From the NCBI GenBank assembly GCA_051294905.1, contig CM119372.1, forward strand, positions 20,152,001 to 20,216,000: a stretch of DNA of 64,000 bases. Reading direction: 5' to 3'. The notes beneath the pieces are model-generated. The model saw nothing but the letters and a program-made list of their open reading frames with translations. It searched no databases and was not told the origin of the DNA. This document shows, in pieces, positions 1 to 11,790 of this stretch; positions within the stretch are counted from its first letter, which is position 1; each line of letters opens with the position of its first letter. The stretch is from Botryllus schlosseri. Its lineage: Eukaryota. The position numbers and the translations under genes are program-made.

Positions 1-126
1 GTCTAATGATACCTTGCTATTGAGCAATAGTCGTGCATGTTCAGTTTTCACACACATGCAGGGGTTTTACTGGGGAATCTTGTCGTTGGTTGCAAGAAAT
101 TAAATACTACACAGTAAAGTTCGAAC

Positions 127-3100
127 CTTCAACGGCATGTTAACAATGAGATCGGTGATCAAACCGTGGATACGTCGGATGAAAAATTCTTCGGATCGAA
201 ACTCTAGACACGACACGACGTTGTCCTGAAACGAAATACGGAGATTTTGACGAGTAATTCCACGAGCGATTGGAAAAATACCAGTTCACAAAGACACAAA
301 TATTGATCAGATAAAACAAAACCATGACTAGGCCACACGTCAACATAAAAACATCACTGCGTGAAGCTTCATTGGTGTTCAACCGATACCATATTCTCAA
401 AACTTTTCACGTAAGGCAAGTACTTCCTGTGCCAATTACAGTAATTATTAAAAGTTATTTTCAAGATAGCAGTTGCTACCGAATGTTTTGATCGCAATTT
501 GTGAATACGCTGGTATTTATCAGGTGATCCCCCGCACTGAGAGAAAGGGGAAATTCGTCGTCGTGGATGAATAGCTCGGCCGTAGGTACTTATAAAAGAC
601 ATAAGATCATAACTGAAAAAGGTTGCTATTTCATGTACACTGTACATTATGTATACAGTCTATTTAGCAGTAAGATAAATATGCGGAATTGCTGATATAA
701 TATTAAGAACAAAGGTCGAAAATTTGAAAGTTATTATCTTGAAGGTATCTATATACCGTACATACGCAAATGACATGAATGTGCTGATGCCATTGCCCAT
801 GACAAGTATAAGCCACTGGTCAACATGAAGACAAAAGCGTTTGCTCATAAACCTTGACTCAACGTGGTAAGGAACAAATAAGCAGATGGCACAAGACAAT
901 ATCTACTCGTAACTAGTCCAAATTCTTCTATATCGTAAAAGGTAGGATAAACTTGAAATGAACAGTAGTGGTAATGGCCTGAAACTCCAGTAGTAAGTTC
1001 AGCGACAAGCCGTTGATATTCCGTGATATTAGTAGCTGATCCTTGAGGGCAAGCAGATATGGTAAGTTTGAGCATTGTGATGTGAACAGTGGCGTATCCA
1101 GGGGGGGGTTTTAGGGGGTCGGAACCCCCCCCTTTTCAAAATCCTAAAAATTGATGTCAAATATAGCCTCTAATATTTGCTAATTTATTAGTTTAACATA
1201 TTAGTTTTTACGTATGAGAAGGCGAATATGGCGTCTTAATGTTATTTAAGGGGACTAACACCCCTACAAAATATTGGAATTATGCGCCGAATTAGTCGAA
1301 AGGATAAAATAGGTCATTATAATTCGCTAATTCCATACGAATTCTGCACTTGTTCAGCTACATTTCAGCTGTGGCAATTGCCGACGTTCTCAACTTTCTT
1401 CCCTCGATTTCTCTCTCGCCTTGCTAAAACGAGAGACTCATTTTAGGAAAATCTAATCTAATTGGCCGACGCGATACGTAATTGCAAAGACGAAGTTGTC
1501 GGCAATCAACATCGCTCGCGAATTCGCTCCACCTGCTCGCCTTGAAATCCTAATTAAGAATTGCACGCAGCGGCGTGTTGATTGATCAGCGAGACGCAGA
1601 CACGACGGCACCAGTACGACAATGCTATTCTCAAATCCACATTGTATTCGCGATTATTGGCGAGAAATGGCCTAGGATTGACATTCACATTTCAAAATAC
1701 AAGCCTAGCAATCCACGTTCCCGATTGTTAGGTGGCTTGCTGTCGTCCAAATACAGGTCTATGTTGTCGCTGAACGGGAGAATTGAGTAGGCCTAGTAGT
1801 AAAGCCTAATTATATCGGCTGACAAGTTTCTCTGTCGATCAAGTTATTATCCCAGTGTGTACTCTGTATTAGTTGACTGACTTGCGTGCTTGCAATTAAG
1901 GTCTAATTATCTTCGCGCGTACTACACGCTCAGCCGTACGGCTAGTAAAGCCATCGAAAAGCACACATTCGTGTACGACGTACACGTCGTACACTGTTCA
2001 CACCACACCTCTCTGTGGCGATCGCCCTCGTTTATGCTACCGCCCTATTCCGCGCTTGTTCGTCCGCTGCGATACTACCGACCGTGCGCATAATATCGTC
2101 AAAACCCAACAAAGTCGCGCATCTCTGACCGGAACTAGGCGCTTGAAGACGGGCGGCATTTGCCGGCTCATGACTAAATGTGAGCATTTACGAATTTCTT
2201 TCAATCAGACCATAAAAGAAACGCGATTTTCAGGCAATGTCCGTATCGTATTCGTACATCTCCCACTCACCGCAAATCTCTGTTTATTATTAAACTATAA
2301 TATATTAAATATTCGCCATGGCGTGGAGACGAGTGATCGTAATGATGACGTCACAATAGCCAATTTCGTAACGCAAAACCCCCCCCTTTTTCGCGCTCTG
2401 GATACGCGCCTGGATGTGAACGTTGACAAGATTTTGATTGAAAGCCAGTTTTTAATGTTGAGGGCTGCACACTAATAATAACGGAATTTCGGTACTTGTC
2501 AGAAGTAGCAATGCCACTTGAGGGTGAGGATATGTCGTCTAATTTTATTTACGGACGAAGTGTATCAAAAGTCAAATTTGAATATGTAAACACTTAACTT
2601 TGAGCTGAAATAATGCGATGATGAATAGGTGCATGTGTCCCTACTCATAACAGTATCTATAACGTCTCAACGACTTCGAATAAGCACGGCGCGGTCAAAA
2701 TATTGATGATTATATGCATGTCATATGCTTCGGCAAACGCAGTGCATTCTTTTTTCACTAGAATAAATTGTTACGTCTGGTTCTCTCGTTTCACCTGCAG
2801 CATCAGGGAATTGATCGAGCTTGTACCAGAAACTTTCCCTGAAAAATCCTTAGGCTTTAATAACAGCGTTGAGCAGTGAAAGCCATACCACGTACAGTAC
2901 ACGTACCAGAGGCGATGGAGCTATCAAGGTAACAAGTTGCTTATTGAATAGACACAAATATGAGCAAAAATCTAATGGGTATTGTTCTATTCCTAGATAC
3001 CGCGAGCTTTTGGCAGTGCTTCTATCTATAGCGATAGCCGATATGTTGGTAGCGATTCCAACGACAGGATATGTACTAACACGGTGGCTGCAAAATCATA

Positions 3101-6100
3101 CCTCACCATCAGACCATCAAAGGTAAATTATCTTCATTTAAAGCACACGTTGTGTCTCGTCATTTAAAAGTCTGATGTGTTTTCAGGGAAAAGAAGACGG
3201 TATTGCAAGTTTTAACGCTGACTCCACCAGTACTGGCATTAGCAGCTGTCCTATTAGTGGTATGTAAAATCTGTATTACAATACTACAGGCTGCTGTTGA
3301 CTGTTACATACATCCGTGATGAGTCACTCAAATTTTCAAGTTTAGCATGGTGAAAAAATTTATATTCAGACCATCAGCCACAAGATACAAAGTCTAGTGA
3401 CCTCGATCATACGAGTGTTCACCATAGCGATGTTGATCGAGTTGAAAACTGACGACACAGCCATTGCAATATGGTAAGCGTTGTCCTATTTTACACCGGG
3501 CCTTTGTTCATCTATTTGTCGAACAATGCAGGATTTCCAATGTAGTCTGGGTATGTCAGATTTTTATGGATCTCATGGCGTCTGCAATAGGGAAACCTAC
3601 CAATGATGTGAGTATATATCACAATGAAACAATATTTTAGTTTTCACACGTAAACGTATCGTCTTTTTCGTCAGGGACCCAAATCTACTGCGAAAAAAGT
3701 TTCATTGCGCATCTGCAACATTGCCTTGACAGTCACATTACCATTGGTTATTATATCCGTTCTCATGGCTCTCAATCTGGAACGCTTTCGGTGGCAGCAG
3801 TACGCACTGTAAGTGTTACAGGATATTTGTCCTTTATATGGTACATGGCTTACTATATTGAAACACCTATATTACATTAGAGGTAGGCCACAAATGGAAT
3901 GTTCGCCAGGATTTAGCACAATATCTTATCATATTGATAATTTTGCTAAAAATAGCTTTACCATCCTATTTTCAGGTACACCGTTGGTTGGGAAATACTG
4001 TTGGCAATTTCATACTTCTGGACGATGTATGAGGCAGTAAGTGCAACAATGTCAATTTCTTTAATGAATGGCGCAAGGAATAATGCCTTAACTTTAGAAT
4101 AATACAACCACCGATACTTTTCACAAGTTAATAACTTCGCCTAAATGCCCAGTTAGTTGCCACTGTTGCATTTCAGGACAGACAGACTGGCATAATGTCT
4201 TTAGTGAACTAGCTTCTGATATAAATCCAGACATGAAATTCCTACCAATTATGAATTTTCATGCAACATTTGAATAAGTCAGTGACAAATATAGTAAGTG
4301 ATTTGGGCCTGATATGCAATCGATTCAGTGTTTGAAATTAGGCTTCAAGATTTGAAGCTGAAATCAGGAAACGTTTCGATTTTAAAACGCTAAACCCACG
4401 CTAACCTCTGCTTGTTGATCAGTCAGCGGTTATTCCTCACATTCCAGTTGAAGTCCGCTAATGGACCACTCGACAACAAGGGAACAAGCCGAGATGAAAA
4501 TAGCTACGACAAGGAACTATACGTTTAAGACGGGGCACATCCAATAGTCTTGTCAATGTTCACAAGACTGCGGATACCGACTGTTCACATGCGTGCGTGA
4601 ATGCGATGGTGCTTTAATGAGTTTGCACGAAATGTAAAACACATTGTCAATCATCAGATTTTTGTACTATATTTCATATGCTTTTTCTTATTTTCTTCTT
4701 ATGGATATGGAATCACATATAATACATCTCATATTTCTCGTTGAATAACTGCACAACAGTGATCACAATATAAGTCGGCAGTGTTTTCTCCGTCAGAGTA
4801 ACCTCGAAAACATTCCAGAAAAAAGTGCTACGAGTAATGTGTCTGTGCGAGAACAGTAGAGAGATCATGTTGCAACAGGGCTGGGAAAAACCGAGTACCC
4901 GAGCGTCACCATCATACAACAAATGTAGCCATTTCAACTAGCACAACTTGGTTATAGTCAAGTAGAACTGCACCATCGATATAACGCTATGCATATATAT
5001 ACATAAAAAAAGGCTATAAAACAGATGTTCTCAACCGCTATTCCAAGTCAACTTTCTGGCAGGCCACCAAATATATTTCAATTTCATTATCAATAGCAGA
5101 AAGTAAGAGGTGGAAGGCGTGTTCAATAATTAGAGAAATAAACACCAACTTTCATACTGGTTTAGAAATTAAGAACATAATTTAGATGCTTTCTGAAATG
5201 ATAAGGAGTTGATATGCAATGAGAACTCATGGATATATAGAACTGTTGTTCTATTATATAATCAGATGTCCTTACTACACCATCTCATGCAAAGCCATTT
5301 TTCTTCAACGCCCCCCATACCCCACCCCCTCAGCATTTCCGCCACCTTCAAAATTCAAATCGCCCCCGACGGGGGCGCTGGAGACAATGTGAAGAACCAC
5401 TGCTTTGACTGCTTCCAAATTTACTAAGAAATGCCGTATCCAACATAGGCAGAGTTTCACAAATTGTAATTTTTTTCTGCGAGCACATTTTCTTTCAAAT
5501 TCAAAAAATAGGCTGATCCACTTGGTATAATAACAACTAAAACTGTGATAAACATATGTTTTAGTAGATTTATAGGAATGTTGGATTTAGGGTTCTGTGA
5601 AGAATACTATAGGAGTCAGAACTGAAGTTGGAGTTGGTGGTAAAGTGAACCAACTCAAGAGACCTTCGACTCCCAAGTCCACTCACGTAGGCTAGTGCCT
5701 CACAGTATCAACGTCACACGTACCTTCAAGAACAAAAACACTTTCCCGGCGAGTGCCGCATCGAGTATCGCTTCGTCCTGCTCGAGCGCTTCCGTGAACG
5801 ACGCAGAGTCGAAAGTGCCCGGCAAATCTTCGGTCAATGCAACCGGGATTTGCGCAATGGACCGCAGGCTCAGCGCCCACGACAGCTGAACACAGGCTTT
5901 CAATCCGGGCGATTTCCAGTCTCTGAAAACGTGTAGTGTGAATCGATGGCAGGCGCACAAACAAATCAAAACGCTAACTGGGACCTGGGCAATCTCGCTA
6001 ATTTACTTTCTCGGTGATGGTTTTCTCGGTGTTTTCATGTAACTGCTTCGAGTATCACTCATTGTAACATCATAGACAACATGAAAATTTACAAAGCTGA

Positions 6101-9100
6101 ACTACGCCGAGGCGGTCAATAATGACGTACTTCTGCTTTTTACGAGCACCCAGTTACGCTTTGCCTACTTGCAGTACTTGCTCAAGTAGCGCTAGTTTTT
6201 GGATCACTTCCACTTCAGGAACGGTTTTAATCCAAAATACTTACTTTTTGCAATTTTGATTTTGAAAATTAGAAAGTAGTTTGGGGATAAGTTTGCGCAC
6301 TTTTAAGAGCGAAATTGTTGTAAGAATCGTGCAGAATAGTACCTGTATCGCAGGAAGTGAATTTGTTTTGCAACATTGTCTGTTTGCAGTGTCATTAGTG
6401 ATTTTGAGGTCAGTGGCAAAGATGAGTTTTGCAATTTTGACAGCAACCTCAACTGCTAATAGTATGCGGCCCCTTGGCCAAATTTACTTTTTGAAACTAC
6501 TTACTTGGATCACCGACAGAATCTTGGGTTTTCTTCTTCAACTTGAAGTAGTTTTACTTATCATGGAAATTGCTACTTCTACTTAATTTAACAGAAATTT
6601 ATGGTCATGGTTCTACTTCTACTTGAGTAGCAACAATCACTACTTTAACTACCGCTGGAAATATATAATAAGATATTGCCAGTTCCACTCGATCGGCAAT
6701 CATTTCGTATATGGCCAACATAAGCGTGACACAACGCATTGCAACAACGCAGAGGGTCATAAAAAGGTACGCAGCCGTTTGCCACTTTAATTCAGTACCA
6801 TCACCAGCACAATACTCACTCTCTCTTCATCAATCGCCTGTGGACGTTTTGAACGAAGTCTTTTTCGGCCAGCAGCGGGTGCCTCAGCAGCAGTTCATGA
6901 CCTGTCCCATTCAAAAACGTATTTTAATAACCGCGGAAAGCAAAACAAAGCTGCAGGATCAAAACTGAGCAGTGTAAAAGTATGAGAGCTTGTTTTATAA
7001 AAAAAAAAATACAATTCCAAGAGTGCAGCATAAAATTGGCGAAATAAATTCCGAGTGGCCAGTATTACATTCTAGATCTGAAGTTGTAGTGTTGCCTTTT
7101 GTTTGTAAAGTGGCGAAAAACTCGGTACATGTAATACGACTAGTAATTGTATACGACTACAATTGAAATCGATCCATCAGGGTCAGATCTATAAAAAAAA
7201 CTACACACCGTCCTCTTCCTGCTGAGTAGCGACATCTTGCGGCAGAGCAAATGCATAAAAGACTGCGTGTAGCAGCGTAATATCGACCGAGCACATCCGT
7301 CCGTCCGCGGGCAATTCCACATTCTCTAAGTAATCGAGAATCGACATCGTGTCGCTCAAGGGCAAGTTTGACTGCCCGGCAAAATTGAACAGACACTCTG
7401 CCAAGTCTTGTCGCACCCCCGATATCAGATCTCGGACCTGAACAGGAAATGATTTGCGTTGGGTAAAAGCAGGAGTATGTTACAAGAGCTTCCGCATTAG
7501 GGTTCTAATAACCATATAACAACTCATAGAGCATTAAAATCTCAATAAAATCATCGACTGCGCACGCGGAACGTCCTGCAGATCATTCTTGCGATATATA
7601 TGTACAAAGCAGCGTATTTGACCAGCGGTAAACTTGACCCTAACCCGTGAGACTCGGGTATGGGCCGTGCGGTAGGGGTTGTACTACACGGTGCGCTACT
7701 GAAAAAAATCATTGGTTGGCGTAGTTTGCATGTGTATATGATTAAATGCTGATATAATTGTGAACCTAGAGATGATCAGTCACGAAGTACTTCTACTTTT
7801 TTTAGATTATTCAAGTGGTGCACTAATTTAGTCAGTGAATATGCTTTTAGGATACTATCATTCATACTTTTTAAAGCAAAACCACTTACGTTTACAATTT
7901 GTATTTTGTAGCGTAGTAGTAAAGTAGTAATTTACAGTGTTACTTATACTCCAACACGAATACCAACACTAGGTACATTGACCACCTCTGATCAGAAACA
8001 TCAATTCTTATGAGCACTTCTTCGGCGGGCCAGATTGACGCATTCTGCACTACCAATGAGTTGGACATCACAATTTGCCACTGAGACAGACCACATCTCC
8101 CCAAGACATATAACAAACAATAATAATTCATAAGGCCGTACCTGTTTCCTATGCTGCGGCCCTCCCAGACCTCTCTGCTTCGCGAGCAATTCCATTTGTT
8201 TGTCGACTTGTATATCTCCGATGAGTTTCAGAACCTGCTTCGTCAATCCGTTTTCCCGAAGCTCGTCTGTGAAATCCGTCAGCAAAGTCGCCGTGTCATC
8301 TCTGAAATAGAAAACGAAAATTGGGATAAAGTTCTAAAGTAGGCTATTTCGGTATTAGAAAATAATCAAAAATGTGGGAAATCCATCCATTCATACAATA
8401 CTCGACTCATAATCACATACTCGAATGACTGAGCACAGCCTTACATAGTATGCATCTAATCTACAGATTGCAGCTTGATGTAATCAAGACTGGTTCAACA
8501 TTGGCTCACTGCCTGCATTTTAAGATACTTCAAGGTAATAAATAGAGCACTCACGTAATTTCTAACGTCCACGTCTGACCCTTTCGACATTGGATCAGCG
8601 TCTTCAGTGTCCCAGTTAAACATTTTTTCCCGTCCCAGTATAACAGCACGGCGACAAGCCCTCGTGTCAAGTGTGGGTAGTGAGGTTTTTGTCGCTCTCC
8701 TTAAAACGATACAAAAATAGTAATGATATTTTTATTGTAAAAACAAGATTATCAGGAAATGTTCATGTCAGAAAATGCGGAGGTGGCTCTAAAATGTCAT
8801 GGTTGGGATAGTTGAAAATATTATTAATTATTTTAAAAAATTGTTGGAGCCATCAAAAATAAACAAACTTAAGCGAGTCAAGACAGCCAGATGATTTAAA
8901 TTAATTAGGTGTATCCTATGGGCAGCTTTGAAAGAGCCCGTGTACCAGATCCATTTTGTCAAAATAGGTTCTAATTGCAGGACGTGCCGGAAGTAGTCAT
9001 TATCGCGGTCAGCCCTAAAGTACGTTCGAGCATTATATTCGATGTTTGCATCCGGCGCTTTAGAATGGACACCGAAATACACCACCTACCTTCAATCAAC

Positions 9101-10105
9101 AGCTGAATGGCAGACAGCTCGTTCAATTCGAACAAATCGCTGATAATGAGCGCCTCGTTTACAAATTCCGGCGAAAACAGTTGTGGAACGGAATCCCCAT
9201 TCAGGACCAGACCTTCAGAGTTGGCTTTCTTCACTTTGGCGCGGTGTTCAGAATTCTTAACCTTGAATGTAGAAGCAACGGACATGCTAATTTAGTTCAA
9301 TACGAATGGTAGCATTGGCATTAGCGGTTGACAAAGAGAATATGTGTGGGAAACATTCTATTAAAATTTTCAAAAGATCAACAATATTTTAATAATTAAA
9401 ACGATAGCACTCGCAACAAATTCTCTCTTCTCAGCGATATTCCAAACCGAACTAATCCATGGAAAAAGTTTGGCACTGATGTATATAGAGCTTCTTTAAT
9501 TGAACTTCAATATACAATTGAATAGTACGGTATATTCAATTGATGTATATAGGTAATGTACTAGGTTTTTGGCGTTTCGTTTATGTGATCTCTAGATCCC
9601 CAGCTCATCAGCCAACACCATAATGGCAACTCGATTTTTATCAAACAACTCTGACACAGATCATAGTTGTGTCAAACCATGACATTGTAAAATAATGTAC
9701 TGTTGAAAATTGCACCTTAACTTCTTGACACTGCAAAGTGAGGTGGGCCACACATCATTAGTACATTAGTATATCTACTGTGGCAAGTGACCATTAGCAT
9801 AAAAATTGGTCAAAAATTTATTATCCCAAATTCCCAATGTGTCAAGATTTAATTATTCGCAGACACTTCAATAAATCAAATTTTGTTGTCGATTCATCGA
9901 TTTCAGAAACATCTCGGCCGCGTCTCTGCCAGGTGCGCAACATGAAATGCATAGGCCCAACTCTCACCGGATTCTTCAAAAGATTCAGAAAGTCCGGCTT
10001 GTGCTTCCGCAACAGCGATTTGAGCTGATGCCACGAATCATTTCGGTGAAGTACAATGTCTTGCGCCCGGGACCAAAGTTCCTTATATGGAGCCCAACGT
10101 TCCAT
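127..10105 (-). CDS. NUP205: Nucleoporin Nup205, N-terminal exons (gene continues beyond the left edge)
   Basis: Phase-consistent GT-AG exons at about 10105-9968 (MERWAPYKELW..KHKPDFLNLLKNP), 9261-9090 (EALIISDLFELNELSAIQLL), 8699-8555 (LTRGLVAVLLYWDGKKC), 8301-8142 (FTDEL..RGLGGPQHRKQ), 7437-7209, ~6901-6820, ~5922-5723 (WKSPGLKACVQLSWALSLR) and 225-127 (EEFFIRRIHGLITDLIVNMPLK). All are collinear with the Nup205 N-terminus as I recall it. Confidence 0.93.
1087..2412. mobile_element. Non-autonomous hAT-type DNA transposon
   Basis: Termini CAGTGGCGTATCCAG / CTGGATACGCGCCTG; perfect 8-bp TSD GATGTGAA (1079-1086 and 2413-2420). Confidence 0.9.
2915..4277 (+). CDS. Uncharacterised multi-pass membrane protein (~255 aa), nested antisense in a NUP205 intron
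   Basis: Eight exons (2915-2928, 2997-3122, 3187-3259, 3370-3473, 3532-3607, 3675-3808, 3976-4036, 4098-4277), all GT-AG with matching phases and no internal stop. Several hydrophobic segments. The last exon could be split by a further intron. Confidence 0.78.
7767..7990. mobile_element. Degenerate MITE (CAGAGGTGATCA-type termini) in a NUP205 intron
   Basis: TAGAGATGATCAGT...TTGACCACCTCTG termini and AAGTAG-rich interior, shared with the element at 36819-38039. Confidence 0.5.
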
Positions 10106-11790
10106 TGCTAGAATTTCAACACATCTGCTAGAGAGACACAATCAGCATGATATTTAACTGAACACCGCGTCAAAATATTAGGAAACAAAAAAACGCTTCG
10201 ATCACACGATCACATTATTGCACTTCACACAAAATTCTCTGACCACAAACAAAAGGCGTAAAGCACCCGCAAAGAAATACAACATAAGAAAGATTTGGTA
10301 TCGCCGCTCAAGAATGTCATCCGAATAATATTCATACCTTGGAAATTGAAACACACCGTTACTATTCCAAGCATTTCAATGTAAAACCAGGGCTTTTGTA
10401 ATGTTATCAAGGCAAACGGCTCAAATCAGACATGCATATCACGATGACAGTTCATCCACGACTTGTGTATACAGTGATATAATCGAATGTAGATCAAGGA
10501 CGACTACACAATGACATGCAGGTAGGATCGAACCGGCCAAAAAAGTCTGCTTACAAACACTTTGTACCAAAATCAGCTAAAATTGCATTTAAAGAACAGA
10601 GAAGACATTTGATTGATTGACATGTAGTATGCGAAAGTAATAGCTCCATTTGACAGGTTAAATTCGAAAAGGATGAATATATAGAATAACATTAGTCTGC
10701 TACAGAAGAACATTACAGCAATACCCGAATTTCGTACTCAATAGACAAAATGAGAGTGAATGTATGGTACAGTAATTTAATGTTCCCTATTGTTGCCGTA
10801 ATACACACATTGGATAGAATACAGCATCAAGCGTACACGTAGAATGCATCATGATTACAAAAGCTTCAAACCAACACACATGTATACTATAAGATTTCAA
10901 AAACAGGTTTCAAAGTAATAACATTCAGGTTAGCTGGGCAGTTATTTAAATAACACAGGCCTAACCAAGGATGCAATGCTGTTGGGTAAAATTGAAATCC
11001 GGTTTGGACACATTTGTTTTAGTGTACAGGTTATCAACTATCTCGGAATTTAGTGCAAATACAGGAGTAGGCTCAACACTACATTCGACTATACACTCCA
11101 AGCACAATAGAGGAATCACAGTTTCTATCACATTGATTGGCACAATGCTGGGAATGCATCCTGCAATGAGGATCAAAATATTCTCGGGGCTTAGAGGGTT
11201 TCAAGAGAATAGTCAATATGTATGGAAACTGGCCCTGGCTCATAATGACATGATGATTCTGTGAACTCTAAAACAGCAATTGAGAAGTATAAATATTAGG
11301 ATAAACCGCGAGCTATCGACTGCTAAGTGCAGAAGTCCATTGCTTCAAATTATTACTGTCACACCAAATGTGGATGCTTCGAAATTCTTTGATTATACAG
11401 CTGGAGCAACGAAAAAGAATACTTAAAAATACAGATATTGAAAAATGCAGCAAGAATACGCATCACCACATACACATTATATGAAAAAATTTGTAGCATA
11501 CTAGATATATATCTCAATATCTCTATATGTAATATAGTAATGCACATCTACACAGCGTTATAACTGGTTATGAGGATAATTAGTTACTTTGGCAATGGAC
11601 ATGACCGTGGTATTTAATTATGCCACTACAATTACTCAGAGATAAGACCAAACAGAATTTTCACACAAAAACTGACACATTCAAAGATTTCGGGCAGATG
11701 GAAAAAGACACACCTGTTTCGGGGGGGTTTTCTGCAAGTAATAATTGAGGAGTGTAAAATCAAAGAGCAACATGAATTTCCAAGAAGGCA

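Noticed and set aside
4713..4937. ORF with DGDARVL, reminiscent of a Nup205 segment
   Set aside because: Out of collinear order, since the true next exon is 225-127, and the similarity is only a few residues.
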